From UHGV virus genome UHGV-0124752: 29,426 nt of DNA. One strand, 5' to 3'. The translations under genes and the position numbers were made by a program. Shown here one piece after another: positions 1 to 8,760 of this stretch (positions within the stretch are counted from its first letter, which is position 1; each line of letters begins with the position of its first letter). This stretch comes from a virus. Below the pieces are notes generated by a model. It saw only the letters and a program-made list of their open reading frames with translations, did not search any database and had not been told where the DNA came from.

Positions 1-703
1 CATTATCGTCACGCAGACCATTGACCTGCTTTGCCACACCTTTCATGGCATCTTCTATGCTGGTATAGCTTTTTACTGCCGCCATCACTGGCGTCCCCAT
101 TGCCAGCCCTGCAGCCGTGGTAGTGGCTCCGGCTCCTGCAATACGATCGCGCACCTCCAGCGAACGGGCATAACTGGCACGCGCCGCATTCATCCTGCGC
201 TGAGCTTCCCCCAGTCGCTTCAGCCGCGCCTCCTGTTTCGACAGTTCCTGGTTATAACGTGATGTTTCACGGGCTAAACGGGCAGTTGCTCCCGCATCAT
301 CTTTCGCAGAAATTCCCGCCCGGTACAGTTCTGCACGCACAAGCGCCGTTTGCTTCTGCAAATATTTTTGTTGTTCTTCCAGGCGTTGGACTGCCAGCGT
401 TTGCCGACCTAAAGCCACAAGGTGCCGTTGTGATGGTTGTTCCATCGCCTCCAGCTCAGAGCTAAGCAAATTAGCCTTCTGTCTGGCATAGTTCAGCCTG
501 TCGCCTAACTTCTTGTTATCGGCCTGCAGCTTGCGAAATTTTTCCAGGCTGTTACCCGCCTGATTGAGTTGCTTTAATGCGTCACGGGAGTTTCTGATTG
601 CGCCAGCCAGCTCTTTCGAACTGGCTTGTGCAGCACGGAATGGGCGGGTGAGTTTGTCAACCGCATTAAGAATGACCTGCAGGCGCAGGTTGTTATCACT
701 CAT
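1..703 (-). CDS. T: Tail tape measure protein, N-terminal part; gene runs off the window start
   Basis: Open minus-strand frame from ATG at 701-703 to position 1 with no stop; translation begins MSDNNLRLQVILNAVDKLTRPF and is coiled-coil-like. Sits directly downstream of E/E', the P2 gene order. Not in the ORF track because it has no stop inside the window. Confidence 0.75.
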   Translation of the reverse strand, partial: MSDNNLRLQVILNAVDKLTRPFRAAQASSKELAGAIRNSRDALKQLNQAGNSLEKFRKLQADNKKLGDRLNYARQKANLLSSELEAMEQPSQRHLVALGRQTLAVQRLEEQQKYLQKQTALVRAELYRAGISAKDDAGATARLARETSRYNQELSKQEARLKRLGEAQRRMNAARASYARSLEVRDRIAGAGATTTAAGLAMGTPVMAAVKSYTSIEDAMKGVAKQVNGLRDDN

Positions 704-1132
704 CGTTGGCCCCGCTTCTCTGAATCGCTTTATACCGCCATTCCAGCACTTCGGTCAGCGGCATAACGTCAGTAACGGATGGCGGCCAGTGAAAAATGGT
801 GGCGATATCTGCCACCAGATCGTCAACCGTCAGGCTGTCGGTAAACCGGCAAGCACCGACTTCTTCAACAAAAAAGTGACAACCTCAACCGACATGGCAG
901 TGAGATCTGCCGGGTCCATCTCTGCAATTTCCTGTGCAGTCAGTGCCGGGCTGGAGATGCGGGGGATCACGGTCATCATCGCGTTCACATCCATATCCAT
1001 AATGGCCTGCAGGCGTGTACCGCGCAGCGCACCGGACTGCGGTTTACGCAGCACAATTTCGGTGATTTCAGTTTTACCACGCATGATGGGAGTATCCAGT
1101 TGAATGGTCTTTTCAGTCTGCTTATCGCTCAT
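696..1132 (-). CDS. Tail assembly chaperone E+E', made by programmed -1 frameshift
   Basis: After a -1 slip at T-TTT-TTG the frame stays open for about 57 codons (VEEVGACRFTDSLTVDDLVADIATIFHWPP...) and stops at TGA 696-698, overlapping the T start codon as in P2 E/E' and lambda G/GT. Confidence 0.6.
830..1132 (-). CDS. E: Tail assembly chaperone E
   Basis: 100-aa ORF between tail tube gene and tape measure; ends ...VTFLLKKSVLAGLPTA with the slippery heptamer inside its 3' end. Position and size match P2 gpE. Confidence 0.8.
   Translation of the reverse strand: MSDKQTEKTIQLDTPIMRGKTEITEIVLRKPQSGALRGTRLQAIMDMDVNAMMTVIPRISSPALTAQEIAEMDPADLTAMSVEVVTFLLKKSVLAGLPTA
869..875 (-). promoter_or_regulatory. 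Slippery heptamer T-TTT-TTG (recoding site for E to E')
   Basis: Minus-strand sequence gtc act ttt ttg ttg; the heptamer is read directly from the sequence. Confidence 0.6.
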
Positions 1133-1186
1133 TTTGCTGTCCTGTAAATTGGGTTCTGGCGCGGTATCCCGCGCCGTTCAGATAGA

Positions 1187-1702
1187 TCAGAGGCCGAGGG
1201 CGTTGCGGTGCGCTTCCATCAGGTCCACACCGTCCACAATTTCCACCATGTTGATAAGGTCCACTTCATAGAGCACCTCACCATTGATGGTCAGCTTCGC
1301 GTAGCTGTTGGTACTGGTCACTTTGGTGGTGTTGCTTTCGCCCGTCTTCCACTCGCCGGAATCCACTTCTTTGTGACGTCCACGCACCACAAGCTCCACG
1401 GCCTGCACTTCCCCGGTATCGTCACGCTGGATAGAGCCAGTAAAGCGCAGCTGGATGCCATCCACAGTGGCTTTGCCTATCTGCTTAAACAGCAGCAGTT
1501 CAGTACCACCAATGGAAAATTCTGTGTCCAGAGCACTGTCATCAAGCCCCAGATCCACATCCACCGCCCCCGGCATTCCGCCGCCGCGATACTTCTCATA
1601 TTTGCGGGTGAATTTCGGCAGCGTCAGCGACTCAACGATCCCCTGCCAGTTGTTCCCGTCGTTAAACAGGTTCAGGTGTTTTAATTTGCGTGGTAAAGCC
1701 AT
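1187..1702 (-). CDS. FII: Major tail tube protein
   Basis: 171-aa ORF immediately downstream of the sheath gene; size and position match P2 FII. Confidence 0.85.
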   Translation of the reverse strand: MALPRKLKHLNLFNDGNNWQGIVESLTLPKFTRKYEKYRGGGMPGAVDVDLGLDDSALDTEFSIGGTELLLFKQIGKATVDGIQLRFTGSIQRDDTGEVQAVELVVRGRHKEVDSGEWKTGESNTTKVTSTNSYAKLTINGEVLYEVDLINMVEIVDGVDLMEAHRNALGL

Positions 1703-1711
1703 GTTGTCCCC

Positions 1712-2884
1712 TTACGCGCTGACCTGGCTGGAGAAATTCACCAGGTACTGATCGGTGATGCGCTGACGCAGCATCAGGTTTTCAAGTGGCGGCACTGGCG
1801 TGTAGTCGTAGTCGATGGTAAGCTTCCCGTCTTTCAGAGTATCTTTGTCGTTCACCGACTCATCCAGCCAGCAATCACCACCAATGAGATAGCCCTGACT
1901 GACCAGGCTGCGCATTTTGGCGCGGATACCTTCGATAATGTCGCGGGCCAGCGACGGGTTCAGCGGTTTGTCCACCGCCCACATATGCGCTTCTGCCATT
2001 GTGTCCATAAGTACTTGCGCCGTGCGGGTGTAGTTTTCGAAGGCAAAGAGCGGGTCATCACTCAGGCAGCGGGAACCCCAGAAGCGGAAACCGTCTTTGC
2101 GGATAAGGGTGGTGACGTCGTTCTGGTTCAGCAGTCCCGCATCTGTTGCCGTGTCCTGCAGATCCCAGAACACATCAGCAGAAATTCCGGTGACACCGTT
2201 AACGCCCACGTTGGACAGGCTTTTGTGCCATCCGGTCTGCTCATCAATTTTGGCGCGCAGACCAAGCGCACGGGCGGTGGCATAAGCCGTTGCTTCGGCA
2301 TTCAGCACCGTGTCCCAGCCAGTAAAGTCGGGCCAGATCAGCATTCCTTCACGCTGACTGAAGTTTTCACGGTAAGTGATCGCCTCCTGCACTGTCTTGC
2401 AGCCATACGCTGACAGGTAAGCAAACCCACGCAGGCTTTGCGCCACGCTCAGCAACTCAGTAGCAACGGCTTTGTTATCGTGGCCTGGCACGCCGAGAAT
2501 GCGCGGTTTAACGCCGAGCTGTGACTGTGCAGATAACAGAGCTTTCATGCCTGTTTTTTTACCTTCAGCAGTCACTGCGCCGATGATATTGGTCGTGGTT
2601 TCTTCTTCCGTTTCACCCTGCGGCACACGCACAACAACGGTCACGGGTTTTGCCTGGTCAGCGATGGCATCCAGCGAACGGGCCAGCGTGCCGGACTCAC
2701 CCGCTTTACCGCTGGCAGTCAGCACATCAGTGATCAGCACGGGTTTATTAAGAGGAAACATTTTTGCATCGGCATCATCGCCCGTGCAGACCATACCCAC
2801 GATGGCGGTGCTCACCGTGGTAATGGATCGGGTGCCTTCGTTGATTTCAACAACGCGCACCCCGTGGTGGTAATCCTGAGCCAT
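1712..2884 (-). CDS. FI: Contractile tail sheath protein
   Basis: 390-aa ORF, first gene of the tail operon and preceded by a late-promoter box; size and position match P2 FI. Confidence 0.9.
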   Translation of the reverse strand: MAQDYHHGVRVVEINEGTRSITTVSTAIVGMVCTGDDADAKMFPLNKPVLITDVLTASGKAGESGTLARSLDAIADQAKPVTVVVRVPQGETEEETTTNIIGAVTAEGKKTGMKALLSAQSQLGVKPRILGVPGHDNKAVATELLSVAQSLRGFAYLSAYGCKTVQEAITYRENFSQREGMLIWPDFTGWDTVLNAEATAYATARALGLRAKIDEQTGWHKSLSNVGVNGVTGISADVFWDLQDTATDAGLLNQNDVTTLIRKDGFRFWGSRCLSDDPLFAFENYTRTAQVLMDTMAEAHMWAVDKPLNPSLARDIIEGIRAKMRSLVSQGYLIGGDCWLDESVNDKDTLKDGKLTIDYDYTPVPPLENLMLRQRITDQYLVNFSSQVSA

Positions 2885-2960
2885 AGCGGCGAACCTCCTG
2901 ATTGGATTAGGCTTCGCCCTATGTTGAAGTGATTGTGCCTGACAAACAGCTAAGCGCAGT

Positions 2961-2978
2961 TGTGTCGTTATTCACACA
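2961..2978 (-). promoter_or_regulatory. Late-promoter activator box TGT-N12-ACA upstream of FI
   Basis: Exact tgt gtcgttattcac aca about 85 bp upstream of the FI ATG, matching the Ogr/Delta/B-type element of P2/186/P4 late promoters (centred near -55). Confidence 0.5.
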
Positions 2979-3026
2979 AAATGACGGTATTTGCCTACTT
3001 GCAGGGATAATCAAAATAATGCTGAT

Positions 3027-3599
3027 TCAGGGGGATTCATTGCTCTTATTTGCCGGAAATTTTCTATAAATGGTAGAAATGCCCACATCAAAAATCAGTG
3101 CAATACGCTGTCTTGATTCTCCGGCCTCTAGTAAACGTCCAATCTGTGCCCACTGTTCGGTGGTCAACTTAGGACGGCGTCCACCTACTCTGCCTTTGTC
3201 GCGAGCTGCAGCAATCCCCGCCCTGGTACGTTCAACTATCAGTTCGCGTTCCATTTCAGCCAGGGCACCCATGACATGAAAAAAGAAACGGCCCATTGGG
3301 GTACTGGTATCAATACTGTCAGTCAGGCTTCGGAAATTCACGCCACGCTGGCGCAACTCTTCTATCAGCGTAACAAGATGCCGCATACTGCGTCCCAACC
3401 TGTCCAGCTTCCAGACAACCAGCGTGTCACCTGCCGATAGTGTCCTGAGTAGTTTTTTCAGCCCCGGTCTGTCGGACTTAGTGCCACTGATTTTGTCCTC
3501 AAAAATCCGCTCACATCCCGCACAGTTCAGTGCATTGCGTTGCAAATCGGTGTTCTGGTCATTTGTTGACACGCGTACATAGCCAATAAGCATGATCAT
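3027..3599 (-). CDS. Serine DNA invertase, Gin/Pin/Cin/Hin family
   Basis: N-terminus MLIGYVRVSTNDQNTDLQRNAL with catalytic Ser, TLVVWKLDRLGRS and GRFFFHVMGALAEMERELI motifs, C-terminal HTH. True start is probably the third Met (3593). Lies next to an inverted-repeat crossover site. Confidence 0.9.
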   Translation of the reverse strand: MIMLIGYVRVSTNDQNTDLQRNALNCAGCERIFEDKISGTKSDRPGLKKLLRTLSAGDTLVVWKLDRLGRSMRHLVTLIEELRQRGVNFRSLTDSIDTSTPMGRFFFHVMGALAEMERELIVERTRAGIAAARDKGRVGGRRPKLTTEQWAQIGRLLEAGESRQRIALIFDVGISTIYRKFPANKSNESP

Positions 3600-3648
3600 C
3601 CCCCTGAATAAAAACCGGAGATGATGCCAGTTAGCCGTTATCTCTGCA

Positions 3649-3674
3649 TTTTCATAAACGTTGGTTTGGGAGAA
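3649..3674. other. Invertase crossover site 1 (26 bp, gix/hix-like)
   Basis: ttttcataaacgttggtttgggagaa; its reverse complement TTCTCCCAAACCAACGTTTATGAAAA shares 14 identical leading bases with site 2 in inverted orientation. Confidence 0.75.
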
Positions 3675-4022
3675 GCGGCGAAAAGGGATGTAGGCACAGG
3701 AGAAAATCAGATACCGGATATGTCAGCCTGGAAAAGAAATCCGAGTTCTAATCGCTGGAGAAAATTGCCTGATGGAACCATCATTCAAATGGGAATATCA
3801 GCATCAGGGCCATTAGGCTCACCTGTAAATATCACCCTGCCGATATCTTTCAGCAATACCAATTATTGTGTTGTTGCATCGTACGATAATGCACGGTCAG
3901 GTGTGTCAACAATGGTTAGTTTTGCAGCGTTACCTGTTTCACCATCGCAATTTTCCCTAATGTCATCTGTGACTGAGCAAGGAATAAATCCTTTTGCTTA
4001 CTGGATTGCTTTTGGAGATTAA
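3663..4022 (+). CDS. Alternative tail-fibre C-terminal cassette, silent in the present orientation
   Basis: Frame opens at the crossover site with GLGEAAKRDVGTGENQ...; inversion would fuse it in frame to the constant part of H. The ORF-track start at 3621 lies outside the segment and is not a real start. Confidence 0.65.
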   Translation, partial: GLGEAAKRDVGTGENQIPDMSAWKRNPSSNRWRKLPDGTIIQMGISASGPLGSPVNITLPISFSNTNYCVVASYDNARSGVSTMVSFAALPVSPSQFSLMSSVTEQGINPFAYWIAFGD

Positions 4023-4025
4023 TAA

Positions 4026-4439
4026 ATGGACAGATACTTCTATTCACAAAAAGAAAATGGTTTTTTTACCGATTTAAATAAAGCACCTTCAGATGCTGTT
4101 GAGATAACCACGGATGAATGGCTGTTACTACTGGATGGTCAGGATAATGGCATGAAAATAGTCAGCAATCAGGAGGGATATCCGGTTTTGACAGAGCAAC
4201 CACCTTTATCAAAAGAAAACCTTATTGCATTGGCGGATTTGAAAAAAAGAAAACTTATTAATGAAGCCAACGAGCACATGAACAACAGACAATGGCCTGG
4301 TAAAGCGGCTATTGGTCGTCTGAAAAGTGAGGAACTGGCGCAATATAATTTGTGGCTGGATTATCTGGACGCACTGGAACTGGTCGATACTTCCGGTGCG
4401 CCAGATATTGAATGGCCTACGCCTCCGGTGGTGGAGTAA
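4026..4439 (+). CDS. Tail fibre assembly chaperone paired with the alternative cassette
   Basis: 137 aa; N-terminus MDRYFYSQKENGFF and C-terminus LVDTSGAPDIEWPTPPVVE are typical of enterobacterial Tfa proteins; starts 3 bp after the alternative cassette. Confidence 0.8.
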   Translation: MDRYFYSQKENGFFTDLNKAPSDAVEITTDEWLLLLDGQDNGMKIVSNQEGYPVLTEQPPLSKENLIALADLKKRKLINEANEHMNNRQWPGKAAIGRLKSEELAQYNLWLDYLDALELVDTSGAPDIEWPTPPVVE

Positions 4440-4575
4440 ATTCGCCGCTACTGTATGTATAGCCCGGCTGTGTGTCAGCAGGGCATTCAACCCAGATTAA
4501 CGAGTCATGATATCTACCCGTTGGGTCTATATCAGTTAACTCCATTACCACGTTGTTTTCAATTCGTGCCCACAT
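4417..4575 (-). CDS. Short ORF (52 aa) downstream of H; possible chaperone for the current fibre
   Basis: ATG 11 bp after the H stop; MWARIENNVVMELTDIDPTGRYHDSLIWVECPADTQPGYTYSSGEFTPPPEA. Below the ORF-track length cutoff. Its 3' end overlaps the plus-strand Tfa 3' end. Confidence 0.35.
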   Translation of the reverse strand: MWARIENNVVMELTDIDPTGRYHDSLIWVECPADTQPGYTYSSGEFTPPPEA

Positions 4576-4585
4576 AATTTATACC

Positions 4586-6268
4586 TCACCAATAAATAAT
4601 TACAATCCCGCTATGACCAGCACCAGTAACTCCGCCAATCTTTTTCGTTGCCAACCCAGCGCCACCACCGCCAGGACCTTTTGCATTACTGCCAACATTC
4701 CCCGCCGAATCTAAAACCTGTCCATGCCCGCCAGGACCACCACCGCTACCTCCGACAGCCGAATCAGTGCCTGCTATCATTGATGCACCAGGAGAGCCAG
4801 GGCCAAGAGACGTATTTATCTGCCCCCCCACACCTTTTCCCCCCGCTCCTCCGGATACCTGCCCCCCACCGTCTCCACCTGTTGCCGAGAGATATGCGCC
4901 AAAACTACTGGTGCCGCCAGGATTTCCATTTCTTGCTGACGTATTTTGACTTTCGCCACCACTGCCTACAGTGATTGTGACGGTGTCAATACCTGTTAAG
5001 TCAATGACGGACTCGCTCACACCACCGCCGCCACCGCCGCCGCCACCGGCAGCGTTCGTTAAGCTTATCGACGGGTAACCGCCAGACCCGCCACCGCCGA
5101 TAACCTTCACCCTGACGCGTCGGCCCTTTTTCACTATGTCAGGAACATTCCAGGTGCTGACGCCTGCATTATCAAATACAGCGCAATTTTGAGCGCCAAA
5201 TGTTGCTTCTCCCAAACCAAGGTATGTGAGAAGACCAGCTACATCCTTTCCACTCAAATTAGTCAGCGTATTGTCCAGCGGTTGTTTACCTGCTAGCGCA
5301 TTAAGCATTGTCGTGGCAAAGTTCGGGTCATTCCCCAGCGCCGCCGCCAGTTCGTTCAATGTATCCAGTGCCGCAGGTGCAGAACCCACCATTCCTGCAA
5401 TCGCCGATTGCACAAAAGCCGTAGTGGCAATCTGTGTATTGTTGACCGACTGTGCCGCAGTAGGTGCTGTTGGCGTTCCGGTAAGTGCCGGACTCGACAG
5501 CGGCGCTTTCAGTGCCAGCGCATTATTAATAGTGGTACTGAATTTCGGGTCATTGTTAATGGCTGCGGCAATTTCTTTCAGTGTGTCCAGCGTGGCTGGC
5601 GCACCGTTAATCAGAGCAGTAATAGCGGCCTGAACAAACTCTGTGGTCGCAATCCGAGTGGTGTTATTTCCTGCTGCAGGCGTCGGCGCTTTTGGTTCTC
5701 CGGTAAATGTCGGATTATGTTTCTGCGCATACTGGGTATGAGGATCTTGTGCGGCAATGTGGTTTCTCATCTGGTCATCCACATACAGCTTTAATTCCAG
5801 GACTTTATCATCCACGTATTTACGGGTTGCCAGCACTACAGCAGGGTCGATTTTCAGGATGATATTGTCCGTGCTGCTGGTAATCAGCACCATGCGCACG
5901 GTCTGGGTACGCCCGCTGCCTTCAGCCAGTTGCGGCTTATAGCTTTCCGGGCAGTTTCCCACGGCAATCAATGCCCCGGACTCATCAAACAGGCCCACTT
6001 CACGTATCCACCAACCGCCCTCGTTTTCAGGGATCACCTGTTCAGCAATAATCTGGCTACTGTTCTGCGGGTCGATATAAAGCATATTCAACGCAGCCCG
6101 GCGTTTCTCATTTACCAGTGCCGTCTGCTTTGCGTCCGGCGTCGGTAATACTCCGCCGCCATCGCCGACCGCCATATGGGTAATTTTTAGCGGCACACCG
6201 AGCGCGGCGGCGCTGGCAAGTTTCGCCGCGCCAATATCCGTCAGCAGGGTATAAAATTTTGTGCTCAT
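4586..6268 (-). CDS. H: Tail fibre protein: constant N-terminal part fused to the currently expressed variable C-terminus
   Basis: 560 aa; N-terminus MSTKFYTLLTDIGAAKLASAAALG matches the P2 H family; crossover site encodes LTYLGLGE at about residue 346; C-terminal part is glycine-rich. Confidence 0.9.
   Translation of the reverse strand: MSTKFYTLLTDIGAAKLASAAALGVPLKITHMAVGDGGGVLPTPDAKQTALVNEKRRAALNMLYIDPQNSSQIIAEQVIPENEGGWWIREVGLFDESGALIAVGNCPESYKPQLAEGSGRTQTVRMVLITSSTDNIILKIDPAVVLATRKYVDDKVLELKLYVDDQMRNHIAAQDPHTQYAQKHNPTFTGEPKAPTPAAGNNTTRIATTEFVQAAITALINGAPATLDTLKEIAAAINNDPKFSTTINNALALKAPLSSPALTGTPTAPTAAQSVNNTQIATTAFVQSAIAGMVGSAPAALDTLNELAAALGNDPNFATTMLNALAGKQPLDNTLTNLSGKDVAGLLTYLGLGEATFGAQNCAVFDNAGVSTWNVPDIVKKGRRVRVKVIGGGGSGGYPSISLTNAAGGGGGGGGGVSESVIDLTGIDTVTITVGSGGESQNTSARNGNPGGTSSFGAYLSATGGDGGGQVSGGAGGKGVGGQINTSLGPGSPGASMIAGTDSAVGGSGGGPGGHGQVLDSAGNVGSNAKGPGGGGAGLATKKIGGVTGAGHSGIVIIYW
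5021..5050. repeat. GGC/GGT codon repeat encoding a poly-glycine run in the fibre tip
   Basis: accaccgccgccaccgccgccgccaccggc on the plus strand; the minus strand encodes AAGGGGGGGGG. Confidence 0.6.
5207..5232. other. Invertase crossover site 2 (26 bp), inside H
   Basis: ttctcccaaaccaaggtatgtgagaa, an inverted copy of site 1 (14 of 26 bases identical from the conserved end). Confidence 0.75.
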
Positions 6269-6870
6269 GGATTCACTCTCATTGTGTCAATAACATGGAC
6301 CGCCCCGCCTTCATGCGCGGTGCCACCGGAAATAATTGTTTCGTTGATATACGGATAGATCGTGATTTCTTCGCCAAGATAGCTGGCGGCTCCCACCCAA
6401 TGCGGGCCGCTGGTCTGCAGATTGATGGACATGCCGATCATGTGACGGCTACATGGTTTGGCATCGCTTATCAGTCGCTCAAGTTCCAGATAGGTATCTT
6501 CAGTGATGCCCTGGTCCTGCACGCCGATATCCAGGCGAAACGTGCCCGGTGCCTCTCCGGTCTGCCACCACTCAATAATGCGGATCAGAAAGCCGAACGG
6601 CTCCACCACCCGCCGCACGGCACTGGTGGTCCCTTTATGCTGATGAATATAAAAAGCATCCTTCACCACCTGGCGCTTGACGCTTTCTGTCCAGCCCTCG
6701 TCCCAGCGATCCACAGAGAACGCCCAGGCGAGATAAGGCAGGAAACTGACCGGACAGGTTGCCGGATTCCACAAGTCACGAAGCGGCACCTGCAGATCAG
6801 AAATCCCGCTGCAGGTTTGCGCCAGTCGGCGCTCCAGTGGTGTTGAACCCGGTGGCAGCAGACTATTCAT
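6265..6870 (-). CDS. I: Baseplate assembly protein I
   Basis: 201-aa ORF between J and H; position matches P2 gpI. Confidence 0.8.
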   Translation of the reverse strand: MNSLLPPGSTPLERRLAQTCSGISDLQVPLRDLWNPATCPVSFLPYLAWAFSVDRWDEGWTESVKRQVVKDAFYIHQHKGTTSAVRRVVEPFGFLIRIIEWWQTGEAPGTFRLDIGVQDQGITEDTYLELERLISDAKPCSRHMIGMSINLQTSGPHWVGAASYLGEEITIYPYINETIISGGTAHEGGAVHVIDTMRVNP

Positions 6871-7771
6871 CCGTTCCTCCGTTGGTTACGCTCCACTGCG
6901 TACATGATGCCGCCTGTGTTTTGTTCAGGACCACATCCGCCAGAGGAGAAGCCAGCTCCACACGCTGCACACCCTCAACATGCAGGGCGGCAAAGATGGC
7001 GCTACGGCGAATATCCCGACCAAGACGCGTCTGACTGGCGATGTACTTCTGCAGGCTGGCTTTTGCCGCTGCCATTACCGGCTCTGCTTCCGGTCCCGGA
7101 TAGAGAAAAATGGTGGCTTCCACGCGATACGGGATGATTTCTGCGCTGCGAACCGTAAGACGGTCAGCCACCGGGCGGACGTTCTCACTGTTCAGAGCTT
7201 TTTCCACCACGTCCAGCAGGTCTTTTTCTGCAGTTCCATCGCCTTCGCGGCTAAGGACAGTCAGTACCACCTCTGCAGGTGCCGGGCTGGTTGCACTGGC
7301 ATCCGCCACCCGACCGTCGGCGCTTCGGGCATGAAATTCATAAGCTGCAGTTGGCCCCGCAACTGAAAGCCCTTCAAAGGCTGCAGGCACACGCAGGCGT
7401 AACGCTTCATCGCTTTCCATCACAGCTGCAACGGGCGGCACAGCGTCATTATCAGCAGGCGTCACCGTCAGGCGTTTCACGTTGTAGTTGGCAGCGAGCT
7501 GGTCAAGATCGCTGCCCATCGCGTAAGCCACCATCACAGCCTGCGCGGCTTCGTTAATGCGCTGGCGCAGAAGCAACTCACGGTAAGCGTTCTCCTGCAG
7601 CAATTTGGTGACGGGTTCAGATTCCAGTTCCAGCGTGCGGATCACTGCTTCCTGCTCATCTTTCGGATGAAGCGCAACAAATTCGGCCTTGCGTTCGGCA
7701 AGCAGCGTCTCAAAGTCCGGCACATCCACAATCTGCGGCGCAGGCAACTGCGAAAGGTCAATCACTGCCAT
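6863..7771 (-). CDS. J: Baseplate assembly protein J
   Basis: P2 gpJ-like (MAVIDLSQLPAPQIVDVPDFETLLAERKA...); start placed at the internal Met to match the homolog N-terminus. ORF track gives 6863..7810. Confidence 0.8.
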   Translation of the reverse strand: MAVIDLSQLPAPQIVDVPDFETLLAERKAEFVALHPKDEQEAVIRTLELESEPVTKLLQENAYRELLLRQRINEAAQAVMVAYAMGSDLDQLAANYNVKRLTVTPADNDAVPPVAAVMESDEALRLRVPAAFEGLSVAGPTAAYEFHARSADGRVADASATSPAPAEVVLTVLSREGDGTAEKDLLDVVEKALNSENVRPVADRLTVRSAEIIPYRVEATIFLYPGPEAEPVMAAAKASLQKYIASQTRLGRDIRRSAIFAALHVEGVQRVELASPLADVVLNKTQAASCTQWSVTNGGTDE

Positions 7772-8117
7772 TCTCTGCTCCTGTTGATACGGAAAGGGAA
7801 ACAGGCACACCGTTATTACGCCGCCCGCTCAGCTCCACCACCATTGAACCGTCAAAATGGCTGTTGATGGTGATGGAATCCAGCGTCAGCCGTGGCTCCC
7901 AGCGACTCAGCGCCACATACACTGCCGACATGACCTGCAGGCGTAACGCCGGATTTTGTGGCTGGTCTATCAGTGCCGACAGCAGGGAACCATATTCACG
8001 GCGAGCAATGCGGCTACCCTGCGGCGTCAGCAGAATGTCCCGCACCGACTGGCGCAGATGGTCAATATCAGTAATGGCTTTGCCGCTGGTATTGTTCATC
8101 CCGCTATAAAGCGTCAT
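7758..8117 (-). CDS. W: Baseplate protein W (gp25-like)
   Basis: 119-aa ORF between V and J; size and position match P2 gpW. Confidence 0.8.
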   Translation of the reverse strand: MTLYSGMNNTSGKAITDIDHLRQSVRDILLTPQGSRIARREYGSLLSALIDQPQNPALRLQVMSAVYVALSRWEPRLTLDSITINSHFDGSMVVELSGRRNNGVPVSLSVSTGAENGSD

Positions 8118-8692
8118 ACCGGGCCTCCGGTTGTGTCGCCGCCTTTCAGAACGCCAGTATGCTGATGCGCATCAACCACGATCCCGTTAGAACTCATCGC
8201 TCCGCCGCCCTGGGTAACGCCACCATTGATCACCACTTCGCTGTTAATACGCGTGCGGTCAGCCTCCAGTACAAACTCACTGGTTTTCATGGTGATGTTG
8301 TCAGCGGCCTCAATGACCATTGATTTGATGCCCCTGACATACCAGCGCCCGGTGGCGGGTTCGTATTCAAACCAGCCACCGTCAGGATGTTCTGTCACGC
8401 AGGCGTCCGCCGACGTCGACGGTGGTGCGAACTGATTCGAATAGACAGCGGGCAGCGCAAAGGCGGTTTCCAGATTGCCGCCCAGACTCAGCAGCACCAC
8501 CTGCTCACCTTCCGATGGTCGCCACCATGTGCGGGCATTCCCGGCACGCAGCGTCAGCCAGCTAATCCAGTTGGTTTCAAGCTCGCCCGTTTTCACCCGG
8601 CAAAGCCAGTTTTCCCTGTCCACTTCGGTGACTACCCCTGTGCGAATCAGGTTGGTGATAAGGCGCATGATTTCGGTTAATTGTGCGTTCAT
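8114..8692 (-). CDS. V: Baseplate spike protein V
   Basis: 192-aa ORF, first gene after a late-promoter box, overlapping W by 4 bp. Confidence 0.8.
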   Translation of the reverse strand: MNAQLTEIMRLITNLIRTGVVTEVDRENWLCRVKTGELETNWISWLTLRAGNARTWWRPSEGEQVVLLSLGGNLETAFALPAVYSNQFAPPSTSADACVTEHPDGGWFEYEPATGRWYVRGIKSMVIEAADNITMKTSEFVLEADRTRINSEVVINGGVTQGGGAMSSNGIVVDAHQHTGVLKGGDTTGGPV

Positions 8693-8738
8693 AGGGAAAG
8701 GTTGCCATCAGGGGAAGAAAGGCGGCAGTGCTGCAACT

Positions 8739-8756
8739 TGTATCAGTGCTGATACA
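8739..8756 (-). promoter_or_regulatory. Late-promoter activator box TGT-N12-ACA upstream of V
   Basis: Exact tgt atcagtgctgat aca between S and V. Confidence 0.5.
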
Positions 8757-8760
8757 AAGA

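Larger units (their letters stand above)
3662..5219. other. Invertible tail-fibre segment (G-segment-like) bounded by the two crossover sites
   Basis: Inverted 26-bp sites at 3649-3674 and 5207-5232, adjacent invertase, and two alternative fibre C-termini plus chaperone genes on opposite strands inside. Confidence 0.7.

Noticed and set aside
564-1103. 179-aa plus-strand ORF
   Set aside because: Antisense to the tape-measure and E genes, which are well supported.
3621-3662. 5' end of ORF-track entry 3621..4022, including its start codon
   Set aside because: This stretch is outside the invertible segment and overlaps the invertase promoter region; the cassette is expressed only after inversion fuses it to H.
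4209-4490. 93-aa minus-strand ORF
   Set aside because: Antisense to the plus-strand chaperone gene and in a different frame from the ORF that follows the H stop; low-complexity translation.
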